A stretch of 64,000 nucleotides of DNA from the NCBI RefSeq assembly GCF_037042905.1, contig NC_087250.1, positions 12,030,001 to 12,094,000 of the forward strand, written 5' to 3'. The translations under genes and the position numbers were made by a program. Of this stretch, positions 13,726-27,600 are shown piece by piece. How positions within the stretch are numbered: position 1 is the first letter of the stretch; every line of letters begins with the position of its first letter. Below the pieces are notes generated by a model, which made no database searches, was not told the DNA's origin, and saw only the letters and a program-made list of their open reading frames with translations. Origin of the DNA: Lytechinus pictus. Its lineage: Eukaryota.

Positions 13726-14315
13726 ATTAATTTTGTAAAGATCCAGTTCACGCGCATGCGTACTCTTATTCCGAAGACGCAAGTCATGAATAATCGTATT
13801 TTGTTCCAGAACTGCGGAGGGAAAAATAATTTCGCTTCCGGGGGGGGGGGGCACTTCCATTGACGAGTGGATACCACGCGTGACCAAAGAAACACGTAGG
13901 AATTAAAGGGTCACTTTTTCAAGCTAGGGCACGTTACTTCCGTAACGTAAAAAGAGTGTCAAAAACGCTAAAATAATTTTCAAAAAAGGTAATGTATTTC
14001 GCTAGGAAAGGTTCCTGTTAACGGTCTAATTTGGGAGGGAGTAAAGAGTTCAACTAAAATACGTAGTTATGGTCTTGTGGAAGATGGAGCGGTCCCGAGA
14101 AACTATAATACTCTTCAAATGTTTGTCTTCACCACCATTTTTTATTGGAGGTGGTATAAAAAAAGGGGGGGGGGTTGAACCCCTGTAACCACCCGTACGC
14201 TACTGACAACATATGAAAAGTTTTGAAAGAGTTTGAAAACAAATTAATTTAGCATTTTGTAGACAATTAGGAACCCAGTGCTCTCCACTCCTGTAAAAAA
14301 ATACCTAGAGACATA

Positions 14316-14525
14316 CACTGCAAAAACTCCCGTGTTGATTTAACACCAGCCCATATATGTCCACACCAGAGAAGTGTTAAACACCAGAAAGTTGTTTATA
14401 CAACACCAATTAGTATTAAAACAGCATCGATTTGATTCCAAACTGGTGTTGTTTCAATATTTATCTGGTGTAGACATATATAGATTCCGGGCTGGTGTTA
14501 AATCAACACCGGAGTTTTTGCAGTG
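14316..14525. mobile_element. CACTG-terminated MITE
   Basis: TA|CACTGCAAAAACTCC...GGAGTTTTTGCAGTG|TA; related pieces at ~7634-7780 and ~8652-8895. Confidence 0.75.
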
Positions 14526-15549
14526 TATGATTTTGCCTATGTATACCAAAAATGTTTATTATCATTTTGAAAAATTACATAGATAACAATCGTTTTACAT
14601 GTTTTAGTAAGCCTTTTTATTTCAATATTCAACATCGATAAAAATATGAGAGCAAGAAAAAAAAAGGAAGAAAATTATCTTCTACAGTGTTAAGTGCTCG
14701 TTTTATAGCGATTAATTTTCCAAATGTGCCGGATCTACGGTTCGTGTGCCTCAATCACTGCGAATCAATTTCTTCAATGTACTAATATTCTCACCATATA
14801 AACTATAATTTCTCCTTATAAATATCAATATCTACTTTACTAAATTCAATTTTTTTTAAATTTTGTTGTCCGACGTACAGAACAAGTTTCGATATTACAT
14901 GTATTTTTTTTTCTTCCAAAACCACTCCCTTGTCATGATTTACATAAATTTAGGCCTATTCGCTAATTTAGATTTTAATGAATGAATTTATCGACCCAAA
15001 CATGGATCGAATGCAGTTGGAAGGACATAGTAGCATGCAATGCTGGATATTTTTTTTTTCATCTGGTACAAGACGATTAAACAATATTGGTTGCTATTAT
15101 CTGAAATTAAAAAAACACTGAGACCGACTCCTCACACAGTAAACAAATTGTTTAAAATTGTATACGACACTGTTTACATGCTTCATTTATTGAGAATTAG
15201 ATATTAAGATTTTAAGCACTTCTTTAAGCTGTTTAAACAATTATGGTAAGGTTCTTGTACATGTAAACAACGTTGTATTAAAAATAATAATCAGCATTGT
15301 GCATGCGCTTGAATTCGGGTGTCCCATTTGGGGTGTCAAAACAGTTATGCGAAACTATATACACGGTACGTATTATCTGAAGAAAAAAGACACTGAGACC
15401 GACTCCTCACACGGTAAACAAATTGTTTAAAATTGTATACAACATTGTTTACATGCTTCATTTATTGAAAATTAAATATTAAGCACTTCTTTAAGCTGTT
15501 TAAACAATATTATTATGGTAAGGTTCTTGTACATGTAAACAACGTTGTT

Positions 15550-15565
15550 ATACACACACACACAT

Positions 15566-15636
<71 letters not shown>
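15550..15636. repeat. (CA)n(TA)n microsatellite within a ~270-bp tandem duplication (15105-15730)
   Basis: Direct reading; ATTATCTGAA...ACACTGAGACCGACTCCTCACAC occurs at ~15097 and ~15372. Confidence 0.9.
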
Positions 15637-15640
<4 letters not shown>

Positions 15641-17834
15641 CAGCGTCGTATATGCAATTGAGTTCGTCTGTACCATTTGGGGTGTCAAAAACCATAACAC
15701 GAAACCATATACAGTACACGGTACGTGTCTATGTATGCTTCCGAAAAGCGTCCCTAAACGCTAAATACAAGTCCCATGATAGAGACGTTTCTTTCAGTTG
15801 TGGAAACAAATGGCCTCGCCCATTCATACAAGTGAACACAAAACAGGGTGTAAACTTTTTATTTTTTTAATGATAAGTTGTGACGTACGTTACATCTCAC
15901 CCAGCTTTTGTTACGACCATGCTTCTTGAACTCGCCCCATTTCTGCTACGCCCAGGGGGGCCAATTCCATTGACGAGTGGATACCAGGCGCGATCACCAT
16001 GATCACGGGGTTTCGAAAAGCACTCTACACATAATGGGGTAGGGTCATGGGCAAAAGTCTCTCCCCAAATGTTGGGGGTCTAGGGGCGGATCCAGGATCT
16101 TCCCCCGGAAAATTTGACAAGCCCAAAAAAAAAGGGGGGGGGGGAGGTTATCACTCTCAAGTGGGGGGGGGGGGGGCATGCATTGATTTCCATCATAAAA
16201 TACCACAAATAGAAGGGGGACATTAAATATTGTGCCCCTCCCCTTTCGAAATGGTAGGGGGACGCGTCCCCCTGGGTAGGATGAACTGCATACTATCATT
16301 TTATGAGTGAAAATTTTCTTTTTCGGACCCCCCCCCCAATTTACTTTATTCCAGACATCCATATTTGTTTTCTCTTTGCCCGTACCATTGATCAGATTTG
16401 TGATGCTCACGAATTTTGCTTTCAATTGCTAAGGGGATTTAACAATTTCATCAAGGTAATTTTGGTATGCAAATTTTTGTTCAGTTTAAATATTGAAAAC
16501 CGACACTTTAAACAATTTTGACCTTAATTTTCTAATAAATCATAATTGATTAATAATCGTATCAATTTTATACAGGTGGATTATTATACCTTTTATATTT
16601 ATGAGGCCAAAAAGGTCCAGCCCCTTACGCATAACGGTTGAATACGAACAATACAACTCAAAAGAGTTGCATGTAATGTGTACCACTTCCGCCATCCCTC
16701 AACAACCCTTGTTTTATTCCTTTTGTCGAGCAAGATGACTCAAATTAATATGCATATAAGCTTCATCACCCCTAAATCAGCTAATACTCAGCTTCCAAAT
16801 TCACAATAATGCGTCTCCATTCATCCGATAAATAACGTCATAAATTGTTCCTCTGCAAGAATTTTCCATGCTTACCGCTAATAACAATTAATTGAAATAA
16901 ATTGAGTGATAATTATACCACTTGATCAACCACCCTCGCCATATATCTGTCTCGCCTGCATAGCAGAGCGAGAAATCGCGTAATACAGGCGGAAATGCCA
17001 GAGGCGTTCCACTTTTTAAATAAAGGTTTTTCAAAATACAAATTACTTACACAAAAAATAAATTATTTTGTTGGGAACTGCATGGATGTACCTATTTGTG
17101 ATGTCACATTATGAGTGTCATCGGCCACAATGTGGCCAATCTAGTAATTTTTAAAACAAATTTCAAGAAATATTGCAACATTTCGATTAGGGTTCGAATC
17201 CCGGCCACCACTGCAACGAGTTGTGGGGTTCTTAAAGTCAGGTAGTGCACTGATTTACTTGGACCTATGAAGAGAGAATGGAAGAGCCAACTGAAATGTA
17301 CGAGTCCTACTCATAAATAACCAATAAGAGATAGGTGCTAGAGACTAGTCTGATGTGCAAACCCTTCACTGGTTAAATGGTCTGCATTGCAGCCCACTCA
17401 TGCCTTGTGTACTGAAGGCCCTCTCGCTGAATTGAAACAGCAAGTTTTGTATGTGCTAGTCTTTGCGTGGAGACACACTTGTTGATCAAAGTTTCAATCA
17501 GGGTCTGTGCCTGCAGACTAGATAGAGACCGTAATAGCATGTTTTGATTTTGATTTTATTTTATTGTTTTCTTCTGAATTCATATCATTCGTACAATACA
17601 TTTTCCATAACATAAATATAATATGTTAAAAACTGTTTTTGGCATGAATCATAGAGAAAACAAATTTTATAACCGAATAAAATTCTAAACAAATATGATC
17701 TACTACCAAATTATTTTTAACAAACACATGTTGGGGTATTTAATAATGTTGGGATGATTACATAATCATAATGTAAAAAAAAAATGTGAGAATGACATGA
17801 ATAAACACATCTGAATAGAAAAATAATGACAAGA

Positions 17835-18145
17835 GCGGAGCGTTGTGGCCCAGTGGATTAGTCTCCGGACTTTGAAATAGAGGGTCGTGGGTTCGAATCC
17901 CAGCTATGGCGTAATTTCCTTTGGGCAAGAAATTTATCCACATTGCGCTGCACTCAACCCAGCTGAGGTGAATGGGTACCCGGTAGGAATTTATTCCTTG
18001 AAATACGTGTGCGCTGTAATCTTAGTAATTACGACTGCCAAGCTACAGCTGGGGTAATAATATCTAAGTCATTTGGAAGCGCATAGAGACATTATTCATA
18101 ATTGTGATATGCGCTATACAAGAACTGTATATTATTATCATTATT
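17835..18145 (+). mobile_element. tRNA-derived SINE, near full length
   Basis: A box TGGCCCAGTGG, B box GGTTCGAATCC, shared core GCTGCACTCAACCCAG..GAGGTGAATGGGTACC and an (ATT)n tail. Confidence 0.85.
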
Positions 18146-18699
18146 AAGAGAATCAGACTGAAAGTCAAATATGGAAATAGCTGGAGCACCCATAATGTAT
18201 ACTGCTGCAATTGAGTAACCGAATAAATCGAACTCAATTACATTAAGAAAAACCAGTGTCAAAATAACACGTACAAAAGCATATTTCCTTTTGTATTTAA
18301 CTGGTCAGTAGAGCTGTAGTCATGGTAGTCGGGTGTGAATCTTTTGTGCACATTCTGCCAAAAAATTCCATTGCAGCATATGCCTGGTTTGCGGCATCAA
18401 ACGTAGCTTTTTATATGGGTTATATGCACAGTACGAAAGCTGTTTAAAATTTTCCCGGGGGGGCAGTCAAATATATAGACCAGTTCGTAGTTACTTCATG
18501 GACAATTTTGGTCAAATTACCTTTCATTTCTTTCATTAAGATAGGCAGATTTCAAAGCAAGATATTACGTATGCATGCCTTACAAAGCGGGATGAAGAAA
18601 TTGAATAGACCAGGTGACTAGAATAGCACATCAATGAACACTCTATGAAGGGATTTGTTGCATTTCTACTTTGAATGCATATTAGAGGATGTGAAACTG

Positions 18700-21600
18700 A
18701 AATTGATTGATTGATTGATTGATTTCATTTATTTCCATTAAAAATATACAAAGTCAAGAATATACAAACAAACATTACAAAGTATAAAAATGAGACATTA
18801 TACATATGACGTATCATACACATACTTAAAAAAAATACACAACAGTTCATTATATGTATATATATATATCAGGAAAATTTGATGCCCATGAAAGCAGTAT
18901 GCTTGTTCAGTTGGGTCACCCCCAAAAAATATATTAATCGGTAAATGATAGAATACAAAATACAGTTATTTGAAATACTGAACGGATAAAACTTCTATCA
19001 ATGATAAAGATATATTGCATTTATATGATACTAATAACTAATAACCCAACCCACCCGCCCCCCCCCCCACCATGCATGTTTTTATGTAAGTATGTAAAAA
19101 ATAGTTATGTACATATTAATAAGCGTCAAGGAGTTGCCTATTTAACTGTTGTTTGAATGAAGATAATAAAGAAGAGTTTCTAACATTCATTGGTAAAGAA
19201 TGCCATATGTCTGGACCAGTGTGGCGAATAGACTTATGTGCTGTGGTTGTGATTGGATTTGCTAAATGAAAATTGAGTGAATTTCTTGTGTCATAGGAAT
19301 GAATATCACGATTTAGTGTAAACATGGTATGAAAATAATTGGGTAGCATATTCTGTGTTAGTTTATACATGAATATTCCGATTTATAATTTATTAATATC
19401 GTGAATTTTTAAAAGACCGAGATTTTTTTATATAGGATTTGTGTGTGCTAGATAATGAGATTTTGTGTATAGTCTAATAGCTTTCTTTTGGAGTAATAAT
19501 ATCGAATCTAGGTGTGTTTTGTTCCCAGTTCCCCAAACGATATTGCCATATGACAAATATGATAAAATACATGATTTATATAAAAGTAGTAAAACATTTT
19601 GTGGGAGCAAGTCTCTTATTTTATAAAGAATTCCAACAATGCGAGATGCAAGAATCGATATATTATTAACATGGTTATTCCAATTCAAAGTTTCATCGAA
19701 GGTAATGCCCAAAAACTTGACATGGTCTTTCCTTTCTATGACTGTATTATTAATGTTGATATTAGGGCAAGAAGTGATCTTCTTATTTTTGGAGTGAAAT
19801 ACAATGAAATTTGTTTTGTTGATGTTAAGAACAAGTTTATTTAATTGAAACCAGTTAACAAGTTTTGGGAGTTCGTGGTTGAATGTGTCTATTGTACGAT
19901 TTAGATCAGAATGAGAAAATAAAAGTGTTGTGTCATCTGCAAATAAGAAGTGGGATATTTTTTTTGAATTGTTCACAATATCATTAATATATATCAAAAA
20001 TAAGAGTGGTCCCAATATTGATCCCTGTGGAACACCCGTCTTTTGATTCACGATGTTTGATGATAGATGATGATAAGTTGTAAATTGTTGTCTGTTAGTC
20101 AGATAATCATTGAACCAGGATAGTGGTGTTCCCCGTATACTCCGTAATGTTGGATTTTACTTATCAAAATCGAGTGGTTGAGGGTGTCGAATGCTTTACT
20201 AAGATCGGTGAATAAAGCAACTGCAAACTGTTTGCGAGAAATAGCATTAGAAATTCTGTCATATAAGTCAACAATTGCTAATTCCGTAGAGTGGTGTTTA
20301 CGGAATCCATACTGGCAAGGTGTTATAATCTTACATTTTTCCAGAAAATAAAACAATTGATTGTAAATAATTCTTTCCAGTATTTTAGATATACATGGTA
20401 ATATAGATATCGGCCGGTAGTTCGTACATTCATTTGTGTTTCCTTTTTTGAATTTTGGTATAACACGTGCAAGTTTGAAAGCTTGAGGATATTTGCCGGT
20501 GCGTATTGATAAATTAAAAGTATGACACAAAGGATCAACAATGTAATGAATAATCTTCTTTAAAAGAAAAGTATTTAAATCGTCGTGACCTATCGCTTTG
20601 CTATTCTTCATCGTTTTAACAATTGATACTACTTCATGTGGGCCAACTGGTTTGAGAAAAAGAAATTCTGGTTTCTTATTACTAAGAGTATCTAAATAAG
20701 AATATGAATTTATATTATTATGGATTGGTGCTACATCCTGAGATAATTTGACACCTATATTCACAAAATACGTATTCAAATTTGTGATAATTTCTTTTGG
20801 GTCATTAATAATCTTACCATTATCCTCCAGCTTATCCGGAAATACTGAAAGTTGTCTTTTGCCCATGAAGTCATTTATTACTTTCCAAGTTTCTTTACTA
20901 TTTCCTATAGCATATTGGAATTTATCAGTTTAATGTTTTTTTCGTGATGCTCGAATGACATTGTTTATTGTATTATATACGAAATTTTTTAAACTTGTTT
21001 AGAATATGTATATCGTTTGGTCTTTTTATATGATTTTTATATAATTTGTTCTTTTTATGGATTGATTTGAGAATAGATCTTGTAATCCAAGGTTTACGGA
21101 TTATTTCTTGTCTCTTTTGCTGTTTTATCAGAGGTATATTTTTATCAAAATGTTTTTTTAAAGTATCAAAGAACAATTTATATGCAAAATCAACATTTGA
21201 ATCATGTTCGTACACGTGATTCCAAGATTCTTCTGCTAAATCGTGAGTGAGATTAATTATATTTTGGTCTGTGATTTTCCTAAACGATATTTTATCATCA
21301 GGTTGCTTACTCTGATTATAACTTTTAATATAGTTCTTTAAGATACAGAATATGGGTAGATGATCCGAAATGTACGCGTATAATATTCCACTTTGAATAT
21401 CCTCAACATTAGTAAATATGTTATCGATTAGTGTAGCACAATTGGGAGTTATTCGGGTTGGTAGATTGATTGTGGGAATTAGACCATGAGCCGACAAAGA
21501 TAAAAGTAACTTTCTGTATGGAGCACTCTCGTTAAGCAAATTAACATTAAAATCGCCCATCAAATAAATGGCTTTACCGCCTTTAGAAACAAGGCTTAGA

Positions 21601-22520
21601 CAAGATTCCATATATTGAATGTAAGCATCCGGAGACTCGTAAGGGGGTCGGTACGATAAACCAATAATAATATTTTTGTTTGAAGCATTTTCAATTTCTA
21701 AAAAAATTGTCTGGAATAATGGAGAGAAAGGTATGTCAATTTTTTTTTTATAGGTTATTTGTTTTGTAATGTAAAGGGCTACGCCCCTCCTTTCCCGCGT
21801 GCACGATCGCATCGTAAGAAATCATAACCATCTAAATTAAAGATTGGGGGAGACTTGATATGAAGCCACGATTCGGTGATTCCTATGACAGAAAATGGAT
21901 TTTGGAGGGAGTGTGTGAGATTCAATAGTTTATCTTAATTACGTGATAAGCTTAGGATATTTATATGTAATAGGGTTAATTCATTATGGCGGAAGTTTAC
22001 GTTGCTATTATATTCATTTGGCAAGTAATATCGGCAATCTCCTACTGGATGAGACTCCAGAATATCATTTTCAAGTTCTGTATCAAGACTGTTCATAGAG
22101 AAGGATACATTTGAGTTCAATTACGTTTTTTTAATATAAAAGAGATGTATTGGTATGCATGGATACATTAAAACTAATCCTACTACTATAAAAACTACTA
22201 TAAAAACTAGTACTGCTATTGATAAAATCATCACTAGTACGAATACGAATACTACTACGATTAAATAAATAACATACAAATATTAAAATAAATGATTGTA
22301 ATAAAAAGCGTCATGGAAAACGGATCATTTTACCCTGGAGGCATAATGAGGTAAAATGGTGAACTACATGTTTATATTGAATTATGATTATTATTGTGAT
22401 TAGGGTCAGTGAGCACTTCAATTAAGGATTATGTTGATTGTGATAATTGAGTGAATGTAAAAGTAAATGTAAGACGTGTTGATTAAGTGTTGATGTTCTG
22501 TAGCTTACTGTTTTGTTCAT
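18700..22520 (-). mobile_element. Degenerate CR1/L2-group LINE ORF2 (APE endonuclease plus RT)
   Basis: ORFs 19116-22120 contain GDFN, LIDNIF, SDHLP, DLSKAFDT, GVPQGSILGPLLF and FADD; (CAAT)n 3' tail at 18702-18725. Confidence 0.94.
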
Positions 22521-23320
22521 ATTGTATACCAGTCATTCGTGGACGCATTGTTTTTTGTGGATGTGAATGAAAAACACAATTCAAAAGAATATATGAATAA
22601 TCAAGACATCGAAGTTGGTGCTTATCTCATTGAATTTTAAACCACCATGTCACTTTAGTACAAATGACCTTCCTCTGATGATGCGCAGAATCTTCTGATC
22701 ATGCGCGCAGAGTGGAACTACGAACTGGCTTAAGCTGCATGTACAAACGCGTGACCAAAAAAAAAAACCCGTTTAAAGGGGTGTTTTTTTTCAGTTTTGG
22801 TCGCGGGCCGCGCGTGCACTCGTTAAGGGTATCAAAACACCGATTTTCAAGAAAAAATTGTGGTTTTGAAAAACTAGTCAATGGTCAATCGCGGGGTCAA
22901 ACGTATTTAGGGTAGGCCTATGTTTTTTCCAAAGCTTTTTTTTTAAAGACTAGCCAAACGTGTTTAGGGTATGTTTTTTCTCCAAGGTTTTTCCCCAGGG
23001 TCGTATTCTGGCGACAACTTGTTTAGGGGCCAAAATGTGCAAAAAAGTGAAGCCCGCGAAAACTTGTTTAGGGGGTTACTTTGCACACACAGAAAAACTC
23101 GTTTAGGGGGTGTTTGGAAATAATTTGGTCACTCATGTGTACAGCAATACATTTGACTGCTCCCCCCCCCCTCGGAACCCTACCCTTAACCTTATCCCCA
23201 AACCTAACAAACTCGATAGCAACCCTAACCCTATATCTTTAATGCCACCGTCCGAGATATTAAAAACGTCGTCTGCCCTTTTTAACTTTTTTTATTATTA
23301 CTTTTTTTTTACCGATACAG

Positions 23321-23530
23321 AAAGGCACCATATCGAGCGGAAGCACTATCACCGCTCTCTCACGTACATGCGAGCCGGAGTGTTCTACAGGCTGCATCGA
23401 CTTCCTCGGCTCGACTTTGTGCGGTTACTGCTGCCGGACCGACTTATGCAATAGCGCCACCAACGTTCAGCTCAGCGCAGTGACAATCATCGCCACCCTC
23501 CTCGTTTCCTTTGGATTTCTGTTGAAATGA
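23321..23530 (+). CDS. Ly6/uPAR three-finger protein, terminal exon with CCxxDLCN and a GPI-signal-like tail
   Basis: Poly-T tract plus tacAG; KGTISSGSTITALSRTCEPECSTGCIDFLGSTLCGYCCRTDLCNSATNVQLSAVTIIATLLVSFGFLLK*. Confidence 0.9.
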   Translation, partial: KGTISSGSTITALSRTCEPECSTGCIDFLGSTLCGYCCRTDLCNSATNVQLSAVTIIATLLVSFGFLLK

Positions 23531-23684
23531 AAATTATTATTATAAGTCTGCTTTTGAAAATTAGTTTTTATTCAAGAGTTTATTCAACTTTAATAATATT
23601 GTATTCAGAGTTTTGTTATAATCTTCTAGGTATGTGGATACTAAATCGCTTGTAGAAAATACGAGGCTGAAATATATAGGGATT

Positions 23685-24620
23685 GAAAGAACAGTGTGTT
23701 CACAGTGCGCTGTGAAATCCAATCCCATTCACAGTGTGGAACACCATGTGAAATCCCATTCACACTGTGTTAACAACATTTTGATAGTGTGATTCATATC
23801 CTTGAAAGAACAGTGCGTCCCACAGTGTGTTCACAGTGTGGAACACGATGTGAAATCCCATTCACAATGTGTTTACTAGTATATCATTTTAATAGTGTGA
23901 ATCATATCTTTGAAAGAGCAGTGTGTCTTACATTGTGTCCACAGTGTGGAACACAATGTAAAATCACATTCACACTGTTTACATCTTTTTAATAGTGTGA
24001 ATCATATAATTGAAAGAGCAGTGTGTCTTACAGTGTGTTCACAGTGTGGAACACGATGTGAAATCCCATTCACAATGTGTTTACTAGTATATCATTTTAA
24101 TAGTGTGAATCATATAATTGAAAGAGCAGTGTGTCTTACAGTGTGTTCACAGTGTGGAACACAATGTAAAATCACATTCACACTGTGTTTACATCATTTT
24201 AATAGTGAGAATCATATAATTGAAAGAGCAGTGTGTCTTACAGTGTGTTCACAGTGTGGAACATGATGTGAAATCCTATTCACACTGTGCATGTTAACAT
24301 CATTTTAGTATTGTGAATCTCATCCTTCAAAGAGCAGTGTACCCCACAGTGTGGAACACGATGTAAAATCCCATTCACAATGTGTTTACTAGTACATCAT
24401 TTTTGATAGTGTGAATCATATCCTTGAAGAACAGTGTATCACACAGTGTGGAACATGATATGAAATCACATTCACCATGTTCACACTGTGTTAACATCAT
24501 TTTAACAGACCACTATGTGACCAAAGGTGTGGACACCAGTACTGCCAGGCTGTCCACTCCACACTGTGAAAATTATCTTCACTGTGGTAGATATGAGCAT
24601 ATTTTAACAGTGTGAATCAC
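23685..24620. repeat. Minisatellite of ~110-120-bp units (ACAGTGTG/CACACTGT-rich)
   Basis: TTGAAAGAGCAGTGTGTCTTACAGTGTGTTCACAGTGTGGAACAC...TCACA repeated about 7-8 times. Confidence 0.9.
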
Positions 24621-26685
24621 ATAATCCACCATGTGAACACAACTTGAATACACTGAACACGCGTACTTTCGAGGTCTCCTCGGTCACGTCAGTGTAAACT
24701 TATCTTCATGCTATTTAATCAATCTAGACGTCTGTCATTGTTAACAGTGTTAATTAATTGATTAATTAATTAATTAATTATGTGACCGCATTGTGTGACT
24801 GCCTGTATTCTTTCCAGCAGTGGGGGTGCGCCTTGGATAGATGGGCATCGCGTGTATGCTATGTCTTTCCACTTTGGTTATGATATTACTTCGTTGCTTA
24901 AATCATAAAAAGCCGGACAGACAATTCCACTGTATACTACATATTTTGCTCAGGCATGGTTATGACAAGTCTTCCCATTTCCTCTTTTTTTAACAGCAGA
25001 TTAAGTGTTCTTCACACTTTGTTCAGTACTCTGAACAAATTACACGGAGATATCGATAACAAAGTTTATGTAACGTTTGCTCCTTAAAAAAAATACACTC
25101 TTGCCTACATAATTATGTGTTATAATGATATCAAATACTGTGTAGAATATGTGCACAATGTTATACAGTCTTATAGCCATGACTACTCAGAAATATCAAT
25201 AACTCAATCAAGTTTATGTTACCTTTGTCACTTTATAATGATACCAACTTATGTGTAGGATTTCCACGATGTTATTGAAGTTTACCCCAAAATATGTTCA
25301 TATATTTTACCTGTCGTTTGCCAAAATGTAACCATAGAATCGTGCGTTCAATTTACCACAAATTGGGTTGACTTTTACTCAACCTTGATAACTGCAGGGC
25401 ATTATGATACAACAGACGGGCAGATTGGAATACAGCAAAATTGATTAACTATAATATAAACCAGGCCCCCTTTTTATCGGGGCGGGGGAAGTTTGGCTAC
25501 ACATACAAATTACAATCGGCTATGTCTGAGTTTCATAATGTGTACGGCTCATGTTGATTAAGCCTATATAACACCAGTATATGCAATTTGTATTTTCCCT
25601 TTATTATTTTCTTTATTATTTACAATTTGTATATTGTTGTTGTTTGTAAATAGATTTCAACTCTTCCTAAGTGGCTTGTTTGGTGGTGGAGGTACCTATG
25701 TAGTTAATACTTCAGTTACATTTGCTCTACGGCGGCCTTACGGCGAGTCGAAAACAGCCGTTTTATCAATTTTTACTCAATCCATGTAGCTATTGCAAAA
25801 AATGTTATAACGGCTGTTTTCGACTCGCCGTATGCCCGCCCTAGAGGAAATATGACCGAATATTACAGTTTCCGAGCCATATGATGACTTTAAAGTCAAT
25901 ATCATCTTAATGGTCCCGTTTCGTAAAGATTTGTTTCAATAACAATTGCAGTTGCCATAGCAATTTTACTTTGAGCCAATCAGGTTGAAGGACTTCGGTA
26001 GCCTTTAACAGTTTTAGCAAGTTTGTTATTATAACATGTTTTATGAAACAGCCAAACCGCACTTACATTCATTTCCGGTTCTGTTTTAAGAATTGTATGA
26101 GTTAATTTACAATCCACTCCCTATGGAAACCTAAGAAAATATTGATCTAGATGATGTTCGTGTGTGGCCAATCGAATGTTAGCTTAACAATTGATCTTCC
26201 AGAATATAAAATGTATATATTGTAGCATTCACAAACTATTGATATTCGACATGTTCGAGTGTTTAATAAAGTTAAGTTTTTCATATGCAATGAATTAAAA
26301 AAAAATAGTGACCGAGTTATTTTGGTGGCCTAGCTCTTACGTGATCTTTGAGACAATTCTTCTTCTTCGTCTTCTTCTTCTCTTCTCCTTCTTCTCTTCT
26401 TCTTGTTCTTCTTTTTCTTCTTCTTTTCTTTTTCCTTTTCCTTGAACTTATTTATTTGGAACAGGGGCATTTTTTCTTACATTAATCCTTACTGACATCG
26501 TAAGTTTTGTTCCCGCGTCCAAGACTACACGTACCTCATGAATATACATGGTTACTATAGAACATGAATTAGCTACAGATAGATTAATTTGCAATGACGC
26601 AAGTAAAAAAAAAAATCCAAGGGGTCTTGCAATCAAATATTTCCAATTAAACTGGCCCTGGCAACGATTTTTGACTGGGGATTCT

Positions 26686-26935
26686 CCCGGGGGAGGGGGC
26701 AGTCAAATGTATTGCTGTACACCTGCTGTACACATCCCCTAAACGAGTTTTTCTCTGTGTGCAAAATAACACCCTAAACTAGTTTTTCGCGGGCTTTATT
26801 TACACATTAAGTTGTCGCCAGAATATGACCCCGGGAAAAAGCTTGGAAAAAACCATACCCTATGAACACGTTTGGCTTTTGGTCACGCGTGTGTACAGCA
26901 ATATATTTGACTGCCGCCCCCCCCCCCCCGGGGGG
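26686..26935. mobile_element. CCCGGG-terminated MITE (GGCAGTCAAAT..ATTGCTGTACAC TIR)
   Basis: Inverted termini; the same family forms the outer shell at 18454-23172. Confidence 0.75.
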
Positions 26936-27600
26936 GGGGGATTCTCATGTGTAAAAATGTGGGTCGTTTTGGTTACATTTATCCATTTTGTCACGCCGTC
27001 AATTCCTGGGCATGCTAGGGGTGCTGCCTATGGAAAATAATATACACGCTGCACCCCGCTTCCCAGAGTCATGCAGTTAATTGCAATTTTCAGGTGCGTA
27101 TCCAATTTTGATTAAAGAAAATTAATTTATAATTGATATTTTTTAGCAAGTGCACACCTAGTTACCAAGTTTTTCATTTATTGGAATGCAGGCTAAAAGA
27201 GCATGGCCGATTAATTGATGCCTTGCTCACGGGCATAGGTACCGCGGCCGGGGATCAAACCCCGGACTTTCCATCGTAGAGTCAGGCGCCTAGACCACTC
27301 GGCCACGGCACCTTCATGCAAGAAGCAAACCGACAATTCATTGCAAAGTTGGTCCTTATTGTCAAATCTGTAAGAAAAAAATGAAATATTGTATAATTCA
27401 AACAATAAAAAAATAGTGAGTGAGGGGCATCATCGACTGTCCCATTTACATGCTACTGAAATGTGCATATCACTGTTTTGTGAAAAATAAGAGAAACTTT
27501 AAAATGTCATAATCTTTCCTATTTTAAATCCGATGTTCATGAAATTTTGATTTTTTATTTTTCTCTATTTATTCAAATTAACATTTTTTCTGGGGTTGAC

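Noticed and set aside
23789..24615. Cys/His-rich zinc-finger-like ORFs (CSQCGT...)
   Set aside because: Translation of a TG/CA-rich minisatellite; no splice signals or consistent finger spacing.
24818..24908. Possible exon after tttccAG
   Set aside because: No recognisable product, and the Ly6 gene already terminates at 23530.
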